64,000 bases of DNA from assembly GCA_951406725.2 (NCBI GenBank), contig OX597816.1, positions 138,942,001-139,006,000 of the forward strand, given 5' to 3'. The notes under the pieces are model-generated. The model made no database searches. It had not been told where the DNA came from and saw nothing but the letters and a program-made list of their open reading frames with translations. This DNA is from Octopus vulgaris (taxonomy: Eukaryota). Position 1 is the first letter of the stretch. Each line of letters starts with the position of its first letter. Made by a program: the position numbers and the translations under genes. Shown piece after piece: positions 14,163 to 27,901 of the stretch.

Positions 14163-15373
14163 CACACACATGCAAGTACACCTATATACCCATGTACATA
14201 CATACATACATACATACATACATACATACATACATACATACATACATACATACATACATACATACATACATACATACATACATACATACGTACATAAATA
14301 CATACATACATAAACCTAACAAAATCCTAACAAAAAAGTCATTGGAAACACAGTCTCTCCGCATGTGTTATGTTTCTACTACCAGAACTAACATTGCATT
14401 TAATCTCGTCTCACTAATCCCTGGTGTGTTTTTTTTTTATTTACCAGAACACACACTCAACCACATGTAAATATATACTTTTCGTTCTTATTATCTGTAT
14501 AAAATGTCTTTGGGGAATTTCTAAATCATTTAACATTCAGATAAATCACACGAAGGTAAAACCTTTACAACATATATATATATTTGTTTCTTTTAAGTCT
14601 TGTCTTTTTCTTGTTATTTTTCTTCGGTTCCTTGATGTCTCCCTTTTAAAACATTAAAGGGGTCGTTTGCTTTGTGGTTTCTGAAGAGTAAAGAAACATA
14701 CTGACATCAATGATTCCACTGAGGGTTCACAGCTCGACTACAACTTAACAGCTGCGTTTCTTTCATTCTTCAATGTTATTCTATATTTTAAGTTGCTACG
14801 GGTGATTTCAGCACAACTATAGTCAGGCCTTAAGACTTTACCTCAGTCAGATTATGACCTCGGGCACGAACTGTGGATGGTTACACATTAACTATGAGAG
14901 AGAGGTGGGGGGGTGGGAGAATACAGGTGAATACATTAAGAGATGACAGCATATGGTGATTTCAAAACTATTCCCAAGCTAAATTAGACAGAAACCACGG
15001 GGTGAAAAGAGGTGTGGAAGAAAATGAGATTACTTTAGAATTAGATCGTAGACTTAGTAAACATGTTTAAATCATTGCCTCATTTAAGGTTTTAAAAAAA
15101 TAATAAAAGGTTTATTGTTGTTTATTTCTGAGAGGGTAATATGTACTTGTCCCTTGACGGCGATTATCGGTTCACAACAAAAGATATTCTGTACAGGAGG
15201 TTTGGTATTCGACTGTTTTATAACAGCTGTCGGCATATCAAAGAGCTCTTCTCTTAAGAGACTACCAAATACTTACGGACAGGAAATCTTACAGGGAATA
15301 ACAGAGAAGCAAAAACGCAGACATGCTTATATACACATATACATACATATGGATATAGATACATAGATACCTT

Positions 15374-15441
<68 letters not shown>

Positions 15442-15811
15442 GTACACATTAATATACGCACATGCGTACTTATGCGGATACAGATCTGTGAACATGTGTG
15501 TGTGTGTGTGCGTGTATGTGTGTGTGTGTGTGTTTATTTAAATGTATATAGAAATGTATACACAGAAAACAGGCATACATAAACGTTCTTAACATTTATT
15601 TAAAGTTTGCTTTTGTAACTAAACGCTGGTCGCTAATAAAATGACAAAGCTCTTGTTGTTCGAGTAGGCTGTTACAGACATTGTGTTGATGTGGGAGGAA
15701 ATGTAGAGACGAAATGCATTCATGTATGTAAGTAGTTGTGTATGGATGTGTATCTCTGTGAGAACATATGTATGCATCCGTGTATGTGCATGTATGTATG
15801 TGTAATGTATG

Positions 15812-15868
<57 letters not shown>

Positions 15869-16100
15869 ATGGATGTATAAATGTGTTCATGGTGATACGT
15901 ATGGGCATGTACGTATGTAGGATATGTATATATTTATTTATGAATACATTATATGTATATGTAAATAGACTACAATTCAATATGCAGTGAGTATAATATA
16001 TATTCATATGTGAACATATGTGAACATATGCGCTTGAGTTTGATCTTCTGTGTCTGCTTTCCGTTCATTTGTTTATTACTATACGTGTTTTGACGCCTGA

Positions 16101-16169
<69 letters not shown>

Positions 16170-16321
16170 TGTGTACACGTACATACATTCAAAAGTACCC
16201 CGTTGTTGATATGGAAATTCCAATGAAGGAGGCTTGGATCTAGGTTAGAAACCGGTTCTTTATTGGAAATAAATCTTGAAATAAACTGAATAATGACATA
16301 CATGCATACATACATACATAC

Positions 16322-16800
16322 ATGGTGGATGCCCCCTTGTTATCGAGTATCGCCATTGCACGAGGCTTAATCAATGTTGTTATCGTGCAATGCCTGTGCA
16401 AGAAGATATTTTTTTAAGTGAGGAAAGGCTGTGCACTGAGTCAATCCCACTCACTAAGCAACAGCAGCCATAATCCGAAAAGAAGAACAAGTCAACATCA
16501 TCGGTAACCACTGAGCCTCAGGTTTATGTCGAAGTTATCCCAGTTACCTGAGTTGGCTTCTCCTAGAAGGATGCCCTGACAAAGGCTAGGAGTCCTTCAC
16601 TCCCAATGGTTTAACTGCGCAATCGGGTATTCAATCCGATTATTTCTATGTCCCCGCGCATGATACAGCTTTAAGACATTTATTGGATGGCCGTTGACTC
16701 TCAAGAGTTCCTCCGCCCTTTGACGGGTTTTGTTTTTCATCCCGCAGGGTGACCAATAAACACCCTCCTCACCAAGCGAGCTTGGTGGGGTTGCTGGAAA
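16322..16800 (-). mobile_element. LINE (RTE-like) 5' UTR or derived SINE fragment
   Basis: GC-richer block; minus strand ctagcctttgtcagggcatccttctaggagaag resembles an RTE 5' UTR motif as recalled, not verified. Confidence 0.35.
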
Positions 16801-16802
16801 GA

Positions 16803-17085
16803 CGGATCTTTACCTTTTGACCTACAGAGTTAAAAAAATTTTTTTTTATAACTAAGCACTTTCAAACTTCGGACACTGGTAAAATGTGTCATATAAAACA
16901 TATTTTACTCTTAGCATTTTTGAGAAAAACTTAAGTTTACGAAGTTATTTCTAGTTAAAATTGTAGTGTTTCGGTAATTTCAATCAATCAATGACGTGTA
17001 TTCAGCTGAATAAAATTACTGCTGTTGTTTGTCAACAAAAACTTCCGGCGGTCAAAAGGTCTGTAGATCAAAAGGTCAAAATCCC
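16803..17085. mobile_element. MITE with 26-bp terminal inverted repeats
   Basis: cggatctttaccttttgacctacaga (16803-16828) vs reverse complement of tctgtagatcaaaaggtcaaaatccc (17060-17085), 4 mismatches. Confidence 0.7.
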
Positions 17086-18189
17086 ATAAAGCTATTTAAA
17101 TTTCTTTTAATGTTTATTTCAACTTTTCTTCAAACGTATTTTCACAGCGAGTTATTTAGGCTCAGGAGGGTCCAGATCCAACAATAATATAGCCTTTACC
17201 ATCCTACCGTTTCTTTTCACAGAGGTTATTTACAACTAGGACCTCATTAATTGTATCCTAATTTTTTCAAGATGGTATCATAAAATTAAGGATTTGAACA
17301 TAGATCTACATATATGGGCTTTTCCTTTTGGTTTCATTGAAAAATTCCTTTGGGGGCTTGTTTATAGTACATCCTGCAGCGTTGTGTGACGTACTTTTCA
17401 GTGAGAAACAAACTATAATCGGTACTACTTTAGCGTAGTCTACCTGGCTATTACACCTAAGAGTACAGCCTAACCCTAATTTTAAACCTAAAACTAAGAC
17501 CTAAACATAATCCCAATCCTAAAACCCAACTGTAGTCCTAACCCTGATCAGGTCATTTGACAACGCGGACTTCAGATACAGCAGTTGAGTGCAAGGTAAA
17601 ATAACACCGTATAGGCATTCACACACACACCTAATACTTGTATATGCACATGTGTGTGTCTGTGTGTATCTGTGCGTGCGTGTGTCTGTGTGTATCTGTG
17701 TATCTGTGCATGTGTGTGTGTGTGTGTTCGTGTAAATTCATATTTAACACATTCGAGTTCACTCAGACGTAGAAAAATCTTTCGCTGCGGAATTAATCTC
17801 GGGAGAAAATTTTGCTCTTGGATGACATTTGTAAAACACATTAAGCTATGAATAATGTAATAAGATTGGAGAAAGCATGTGTTTCTGCGTTGTTGTGTGC
17901 CATCAGCTACGAACACCAAATAAGCCTTTCACAACCAAGAAAGGACATTTTCTTGTATTAGAACAGCAAACAATATATAGTTTGACACGCGCAATGCTTC
18001 GTGACTCTAGAATTAGTTAACTTAAGTCGTGCGACGTGCGTTGATTAAATTGTGTTCTTATATAGTAATAATAAACACATTAGCGTACGCTCGGATGGGA
18101 GACGGATGTGCGACTTGATGTAAAAAATTCTAGCTTCGTAAAGTGGAGAACGAACACATTAGTGGCACTAGTCTTCATATCGAACTAAC

Positions 18190-20420
18190 CATATTTGATA
18201 CTGGGTTACAATTGAGATAGTAATGACTAACATATATGGTCATGCAGCCTTATACAGGTTATGGGGGTCACATACTCTACCTTTGTGTGCAGGTTAGCAA
18301 AGAGAAAAATAATCTATCCGGGTTGTCAGCTGCTAAAGGAATGCATTTTATTAACAGGGCTGTCTCTGGTGGCAACAATAAGATAGTTCATTCTTCGTGT
18401 TGGGTGATATCTGGGCTGGAGAAGTATGCGCAATTTTTCATTGAGAGAGAGAGAGTTGGCATTTGTAAACCGCAGACGAGTAAGGAGGGGTCTGTTAAGA
18501 ATACTACTACATTCGATGTTGGGAAGTCATCTCGATGGTCACAGAGTTTACAGATGAATCGAGACAGGAAGACTTTCCTAGCACTGCACCCGAAGGAGTA
18601 CATGGTCTGAGTATACCTTCCCCTAAAGTCATTGGTTGTCATGTCCATATAGTGTTTTATGATGGTATTGGAGGATGTGAGGATGGCTCCTTAGAGAGAA
18701 GCTCTTTAACAAAGCAGGATTTTACAAATGGGCAGTTGATAGGATTTCAGTAATTAGTGGTTGAGTTGTGGGTTAGAGGCTGAACGTTTCACTCATCAGT
18801 GTGTGATGTTTAAAGTATTATCCAAACAGTATTGTCCAAACAGGTGTAGCTGAATTTGACATTGTGGAAGATTCAATAATGTATAGACTACATGGGCTGG
18901 ATTCCAGGGAAATGCTTTTTAATTAGCGCCAGGAACCTCCTAGATATGTTAGTGGAAATGTCTAGGTTGAATGCTGAACTGAATCAGAGTATTTTTGGTT
19001 TTTCTGACACTCTTAAGGTGGAGGGTGACAGTAAGGAAGACCTACATATACACTGACTTATCAGTAAAGCTACTCCTCAGCAATGCCTCATTATAGTTGT
19101 CCACAATAGATTAGAGATACTTCTACCGATCCCTGTGCCTAGTATTCTAATTATAGCTAGAAGGGAATGTCGATTAATATAAACAGTTTCTTCTTTGAGC
19201 TTCCTGTAAGGTCAGTACTTGCCCGTCCTCGGGTTCAATGTTATCTACAGGAACTCGAAATTTTTCTAATTGCTGGTAACTTTTATAGTTAGATCGAATT
19301 CTTTAAAGATTGTTATCTGACCCTTTCTGAACTTGTCTATGGCGTAGTCAGTCATGTGGCTTGTGATTCCCAGACTATCATCCCTAAACAGATCCGAGGT
19401 ATGGAAGTGTGCGCTGCCTTTGAGTATCCAGGATAAATCAGCCGACAAGGTCAACGACTTCAGTTTCATCGTTGCCCAACATAGATACGTAAAAAAAGTG
19501 GGTCGTCTTAACCTTTTTTCTTAATAATAATCATCGTAAAGCAGGATTGACCTTCTAGCCCTCATGATGAATCTGATAGCGAGATCGCTAATTTCAGTTA
19601 AATGCCTACCAAATTCTAGGGTCTTCAGGAAGAAAGTTTAGAATATCAAAGGTAGAAATTGACGATATAGAATTGCATGAGTTCTCAGACAGCTTTATTT
19701 TCGATATTGCAGAACAAGTCGATTACTGCGCTGCTGCAATCCTAGTGTCTCAACCCCGTGGCCCTTCTAATATCGCAAATATACTTACGTACAATATCTC
19801 TCTCGGTCTTGGAGGTGTTAACCAGCCTATATTTACGGCGAGCTGGCAGAAACGTTAGCACGCCGGGCGAAATGCGTAGCCGTATTTCGTCTGTCGTTAC
19901 GTTCCGAGTTCAAATTCCGCCGAGGTCGACTTTGCCTTTCATCTTTTCGGGGTCGATAAATTAAGTATCAGTTACGCACTGGGGTCGACGTAATCGACTT
20001 AATCCATTTGTCTGTTCTTGTTTGTCCCCTCTGTGTTTAGTCCCTTGTGGGTAGTAAAGAAATATATATTTACGATTAGAAAATTGGGTTTATAACTCTT
20101 AAGCATTATGCAAGATGACGCAAGGCCAGGCGACACAGAGGATGTTTTATTTTTAGGAGGGTGGCTCGCTCTTTCGCTTCAGTGCTTATGTCGTTGTATG
20201 TAGAGACTATGGTTTCATTCTGTTTTAGTGATGGTATACGTAAGAAATGTTGTCTACCTGGAAGTGTTTCCTTTATATATGTTCCCTGTTTTGTCGATGA
20301 AAATGTCTACATTAGATGAATATTTTAATATGTGCCATGTACCTGTTTAAATTGTTTAGGAAGGGGTTACAGCGACGGCTAGCCAAATCTTTCGTCTTTG
20401 ACAATACTCATTAGATCGGG
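18190..20420 (-). mobile_element. Penelope-like element RT (and downstream linker) pseudogene, split by a SINE
   Basis: Minus translations in order: DKTGNIY; LKSYKPNF..YRLVNTSKTE; DIVNFY; EVVDLVG*FIL..LFRDDSLGI; FL*ITLN..PYRK..VYINRH; KIL*FSSAF..STNISRRFLALIKKHFP; KFSYTCLDN. These match PLE RT motifs (FDIVxFYPSI, YRDDGL, IIWFNPPF, KISYSCM). Confidence 0.85.
19838..20064 (+). mobile_element. SINE family A, near full length, with 10-bp TSD
   Basis: ggcgagctggcagaaacg... gagttcaaattcc B box; TSD tatatttacg at 19828-19837 and 20065-20074. Confidence 0.92.
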
Positions 20421-20449
20421 TTCGAAGATTATCTATTGGTTTCAGATTT

Positions 20450-20657
20450 TGACACAGGGCCAGCGGTTTTGGGGGAGGAGATAAGTTGATTCGAGTGCAA
20501 GGATCCCAGTGCACAACTGGTTTTTATTTTATCGATCCCAAAAGAATGAAAGGCAAAGCCAACTTCGGAGCAATTTGAACTCAGAACATGAAGATAAACG
20601 AAATGCCGCTAAGCATTTTGTCTGGCGTGCTAATGATTCTACCAGCTCGCTGCCTTA
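20450..20657 (-). mobile_element. SINE family A
   Basis: Reverse complement of the 19838 copy. Further copies at about 2355-2490, 7515-7620, 7830-8025, 10150-10290, 27470-27662, 31350-31876, 38790-39262, 39540-39690, 45320-45520, 53455-53685, 59130-59352. Confidence 0.85.
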
Positions 20658-20720
20658 AAGCCAATCTCTATTGATGTTTGTTATTTTTATATCAAGTTAT
20701 ACACACACACACACACAGAC

Positions 20721-20802
<82 letters not shown>

Positions 20803-21024
20803 ATATATATAATAATAATTTAACATTAAACAGAAGGATTACTCAATACTTTTCAAACAGATACTTTTATGAAGTTTTACAGGATTTACCGGCAAAAGGT
20901 TGACAGGTTGACGGTGATTTCCAAGTTCTGGTTTACTCTTCTGAATATATATGTATATACACATATACATACACACATACATTTATACATGTATACATAC
21001 ATAGATAGGTATGTATACAAGTAT

Positions 21025-21115
<91 letters not shown>

Positions 21116-21251
21116 CATACATAGATACATATATACATATACATACATACTTACATACATACATATGGTTGTATCTACGTGTGATGTATGTAAATTTATA
21201 TACATATACAGGCAGCCGACATACAGGCAGAAAACAGACCGACAGACAGAA

Positions 21252-21285
<34 letters not shown>

Positions 21286-21935
21286 ATAGATAGATAGATA
21301 GATAGATAGAAATGATTAAGTGCATTGATAATCTAAATGTGTGTTGTTATGTATGTACATGAGTGTGTATATGTGTATATGTTTACGGTTTCGGTGTATT
21401 TAATGCACTTCGTTCTGACAAATAAATACTTATTCATATCGATTCCATTATTATTTTCGAAAAAAAAAAAATCTACAGCAAAACATCCCACCTAACAAAT
21501 ACACCCACTAACAAAGAAAAAAAAACTTTATAAAACAAAGACCAATGAAAAGAACACCCAAAAGTCTTGCTGAAGCCTGTTAATGTAAAGTTTACCTATC
21601 ATAAAAGTAACTTACGTCAGTAGAAGGCATACTGTGATAAGCTATCCTCTCAAATATTATCATTAAGATTAACCAAACAGCTAAGTGCAATATTACTAGT
21701 ATAATAGAGTTCAAATAAATAGCTTATGTAATCCGACTTAAGTAAAAGAATAACAGATTTATGTACGTCATGTGTGTATGTATATATGTGCCTTTGAGTG
21801 AGTACGTTGTGGCTGTGTTTGTAGTGTGTGTGTGAATGTATTTATCCGTGAGCATTGTGTGCGCGCGCGTGCGTGTGTTTGGCAGAGAATGTAAACATGT
21901 TTAGGTAAACATGCATAAGTTATGCTATATATATG

Positions 21936-21967
<32 letters not shown>

Positions 21968-22155
21968 TAATATAGATAGTTTCTTGGATAAAGAACGTTA
22001 ATGTATGCGATTGATGACTGCGTGGATATATATAATATAAATAATTATGAATACTTATACATGCTTAAACACGCATTGCATATGTATATATATGTGTGTG
22101 TGTGTGTATGTGTGTGTGTGTACGTATTTATAAATATTATACTGTATATGCATAC

Positions 22156-22387
<232 letters not shown>

Positions 22388-22396
22388 TATAGATAT

Positions 22397-22476
<80 letters not shown>

Positions 22477-22897
22477 GTAGGTAGGTAGGTAGGTAGATAG
22501 CTAGATAGATCTAGAAAGTACATGTACATGGAAATTACTCATATGTATCACACTACATATCCCTCTAAATATCATAAACATCGTGTGTGAATGTGTGTGT
22601 GTGTATGTGTATGTGTGTAAACAAGTCTGTAAGTTTTAAGATTAATCTTGAGTATATCTATATTATGTTCAGCTAACACTAGAGGTGGATAAATAATAAA
22701 ATGTCCTGTATCTCAAGACCTTAATCCATTAGTATCTTCTCCATTAAGCTTTTACCTAACTCCCCTTTGCTACGCAACTACTTCAATCTATTAGCTTGAC
22801 ACAACAAAAGACTTGCCGATTCGGGGGGGGGGCATATCTTAGGATAAACACTTATGTAATATATACATGCGTAAATAGTTATATGTATGTGTGTATG

Positions 22898-22931
<34 letters not shown>

Positions 22932-23102
22932 TGTATGTATGTTTTATGTATGTATCTATGTATGTGTGTGTGTGTGTGTGTGTATGTTTGCATGTATGTA
23001 TATATGTGTGCTTGTTGCGTATATGCTTTATTTTAGAATGCGTGTGCATTAACTATCGGACTCCGTATATGTGTACATACAACATGCATACGCAAACACA
23101 CC

Positions 23103-23155
<53 letters not shown>

Positions 23156-23871
23156 GTATATGTATACATACACAATATATATATATATATGCGTGTGTAA
23201 ATACATATAAATATTTATATATATATATATATATATAAATGTATGTATATATATACACACACACACATATATATGTATACACACTTATACATGTGTTTGA
23301 TTATGAACGGATGTCTATGGTGAAACCTTTTTTTAAAACGTATATCTCCTTTTCGAACCTTCTCTGCCCTGCTCTCCGTTTCAATATAATTACAATATCT
23401 TTGCGAGTTTGTATACATGCATAAATCCTGGCAGGGACACACACACACACACACACACCATTACATTAACGTATACATACATTAATATACACGTTGTACA
23501 TACATGTAGGATGAAGAATCATGAGGATTTTATGTTTGTTGACGTCCGATTATACTTCTATATTGATCCGGCATACGTTAAATCATGCTAATCTTACTAT
23601 CCATTATACATCAATAGCCGAACTCCGTGATCTCCGGAAACCCATGATGGGATTAATAGCATTCGCATTCCTTTGAAAGAACATTTTTATGCACTAACAT
23701 ACACTCTAGCTATCGGAGGAAACGTCTATGTGGACCTTTATTATGCTAGACATAACCGTCTTACTCACACGCCAAGGAAGAGACACACTGAATTATATTC
23801 CTAAATACATACATATAGACAGACAGACAGATAGATAGATATGAATGTATGTACCTACCTCTCAATCAACG

Positions 23872-23908
<37 letters not shown>

Positions 23909-24133
23909 CTTTATTTAAAGCAGCAGAAAATTCAACAAAATCTGTTACTCTGAGTTTCTCGTTGCCGTTCATCAGACAGTTATTCTAGCAAAAACTGTCT
24001 GATGAACGGCAACGAGAAACTCAGAGTAACAGATTTTGTTGAATTTTCTGCTGCTTTAAATAAAGCATATTACTCTACCACTGGTATTTGAGTACTCTTT
24101 TTTCCACCTTGTTTCACATTTATGTGTTTACTC

Positions 24134-24136
<3 letters not shown>
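23909..24136 (+). mobile_element. Short HHR-bearing insert in (TA)n with perfect 73-bp inverted arms plus 3' tail
   Basis: 23909-23981 is the exact reverse complement of 23993-24065 (11-nt spacer); unique tail to ~24136; (TA)n on both sides. Confidence 0.85.
23995..24032 (+). ncRNA. Minimal type I hammerhead ribozyme (mirror copy on minus 23942-23979)
   Basis: ctgt-CTGATGA-a-cg(gcaa)cg-a-GAAA-ctcagag-TA-acag; canonical core, GUA site after 24028, self-complementary helix III. Confidence 0.8.
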
Positions 24137-24191
<55 letters not shown>

Positions 24192-25145
24192 AGAGTAAAA
24201 ACATTGATATTAATTAAATTAATATCAACTTAAACCAATAGCTTAGCATATTGAAAAAAATCTGAAGATTCAAAAAATTATATTACATATAAGAGGAATG
24301 ACCACTAGATGGACTCCTAATATGCTAAATGTAGTCCCTATACGGCCTGACCACTAAGAAAAATTGTTCTCAAGAAAATTCGGAAAACGCTAGAACGTAA
24401 AGCGAGCAAAACATATGAAAAGATACAAATATAATGATTAGTCACATACCAGATTTCATTGTTACCATTTACATTACGTAAATGTCTGCAGATCATCTGT
24501 GCGACCGTCATAGAAAATATAAATTGCAGAACTATATACGGAACGTCCTGACGAGAGAGAACATGCACACAGTTCTATCAATTATATATTTACCCGACAT
24601 TATATATTTACCTAATATTAGGCGTCCACCTAGTGGTCATTCCTATTATATTCATGTAATATAATTTTCTGAATCTTCAGATTTTTTTTCAATATGCTAG
24701 GCCACTGGTTTAAATTGATATTAATTTAATAAATATCAATTTTTTACCCTTATTATTTAAATTTAAATTACCATGTTCTCTAATCGGCAGGCTTCGATGC
24801 GGAAAATTATTTTCTTCAGAGTCATTTCCGGCTTCGGCGCGCCAAATCGAAGACATTTGAAATGTACCCCCAAATATAATTGATAGAACTGTACGCATGT
24901 TCTCTCTCGTCAGGACGTCTCGTATATAGTTCTACAATTTATATTTTCTATGACGGTCGCACTGATGATTTGCAGACATTTATGTAATGTAAATGGTAGC
25001 AATGAAACCTGGTATGTGACTAATTATTACATTTTGTATCTTTTCATTTGTCTTGCACGCTTTACGTTCTAGCCTTTGCCGAATTTTCTTGAGAACAATT
25101 TTTCTTAGTGGTCAGACAACATGGGGTCTACATTTAGCATATTAA
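24192..25145 (+). mobile_element. Retrozyme-like / PLE-derived non-autonomous element with A-B-A'-C-B' architecture
   Basis: ~24195-24330 is inverted at ~24606-24745 and ~24320-24585 is inverted at ~24872-25145; homologous to 55795-56733. Confidence 0.75.
24956..25020 (+). ncRNA. Type I hammerhead ribozyme (mutated inverted copy on minus 24441-24505)
   Basis: gtcgca-CTGATGA-t-ttgc..cattta/taaatg..gcaa-t-GAAA-cctgg-TA-tgtgac; 6-bp stem I, intact core, GUA site. Confidence 0.85.
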
Positions 25146-25322
25146 AGAGACTGATAGAATCCAGACTTTCAAAAACAGAAACAAAAATGAAAGTACCGTT
25201 TTTGAAAGTCTGGATTGTATCAGTTTCTTTTGCCAAACATCTAACTTACATCGATGTAAACTCACCGACACAAGTTGTCAAGCAGTAGGTGGGGAACAAA
25301 CACAGACACACATCAATACGCA

Positions 25323-25370
<48 letters not shown>

Positions 25371-25699
25371 TACATACATACATACATACATACATACATA
25401 CATACATACACACACATATATTCAATTAGAGGTTAAATAGTCTCATTAAGGGATAATAATATGCAATGAATTACTAGTTCATTGCCTAGTATTTTTGTGA
25501 ATAATATTATTCATAAAATAATACGTTTATATATAAATCTTGGTTTATAAGTATTCAAAAGAAAATTTTTAAAATGAGATGTAACATTAATATCATTTAT
25601 TATCAGCAAAAATCCAACATATCCTCTTGGAATAAGTTGGATGTTTGCAGATAATCAATTATATTAATGCTACATATCCATTTTCTAAGTTTTCTTATA

Positions 25700-26185
<486 letters not shown>

Positions 26186-27380
26186 ATATATATATTTGAG
26201 CGCGTATGGGTTTGTGCACGTGTGTGGGTATGTGTGCGCGCGCGTAATGGGTGGATATGTATATGTGTACATGCATGGCTACATATACATGTGCGTCTAT
26301 TGGCGTATGTGTGGGTGCGCATGTATGTATTTCATGCGAGTGTGAGTGAGTATATGCATATAGGTACATATACGTGGTTGTGCGTGCGCACATGTGTATG
26401 TACAAGCGTGCATAAGCGAGTGCTATGAGCATTTTTACTTCTTTACATTTTACTTCCTCCCCTCCGGTTTTCCCCCTTATTTAACGATCATTCTAATAAC
26501 TCTTTTGTCTAAATAGCGCTCAAATACATAGTAATTTTCCTTTGTTTAACGGTCATTTTCATAGCACTTTTTGATTACCTCAATAACTGACGAGATGCCG
26601 GTGCAGGCTTCTGCCCCAACATCCGAAACTCGGAGTCTTAATATGGCAATCGAATAATTGTCACATATTATATTACAGCTATATATATATTCGAGGTGGT
26701 TCCCCAGCATGGCCGCAGTCTAATGACTGAAGTAAGTAAAAGATACAAGATGTATTCACGAGTTTACACTTCCTTCGCACACACACATATTATATATGTG
26801 TAGCATTAATATAATATAATATATAATATAATATGATATATATATATATTATATTATATTATATTATATTATATTAATGTTACATATATATGTGTGTGCG
26901 GGGCGGGGGGTAAACATGTGAATATATCTCGTATCTTTTACTTATTTCAGTCATTAGACTGAGGCCATGCTGGGGAACCGCCTTGAATTTTTAGCCGAAT
27001 GAATCGACTCCAGTATATTTCTTTTTTAAAGCCTTGTACTTATTCTATTGGTCCGTGTTGCCGAACTGCTAAGTTACAGAGATGCAGACACACCAACAAC
27101 GGTTATGAAACTGATGGGGGCGACAAACACAGACACAAAGATTTTATGTACATAAATATATACATTTATATTTATATATACGAGGTGCTTTTTCAATTTC
27201 CGTCTACCAAATCTGCTCACAAGATTTTGGTCGCCCCGAAGCTATAGTAGAAGACACTTGCCTAAGGTGCTATGCAGTAGGACTTAACTTGGAACGATGT
27301 CGTTGGGAAGCAAGCTTCTTACTACACAGTCACACCTGCACCTATATTTACACATATACACGTATACATATATGTAGCAC

Positions 27381-27418
<38 letters not shown>

Positions 27419-27738
27419 ACATATTTGTAAATATGCCTATACATATGTACGCATACATATTCTTTTCTGCTGTAGGCGCAAAGCCCGAAATATTTGGGGG
27501 GGGGCAGTCAATTAGATCCACCACCAGTACTCAACTATCGACCCCAAAGAATGAAAAGCAAAGTCGACCTCGGCGGAATTTGAACTCAGAACGTATAGAC
27601 AGACGAAATACCGCTAGACATTTCGTCCGGCGATGTAACATTTCTGCCAGCTCGCCGCCTTTGTAAGGATATATATTGAATATACGTGGATCTGTGTTCG
27701 TGTGAATATATATATTTATATATATGTATATATGTATG

Positions 27739-27846
<108 letters not shown>

Positions 27847-27847
27847 G

Positions 27848-27901
<54 letters not shown>

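Noticed and set aside
14742-14777. Minus-strand TTGAAGA..GAAA-cgcagctg-TT hammerhead-like string
   Set aside because: No stem II and a mismatched stem I.
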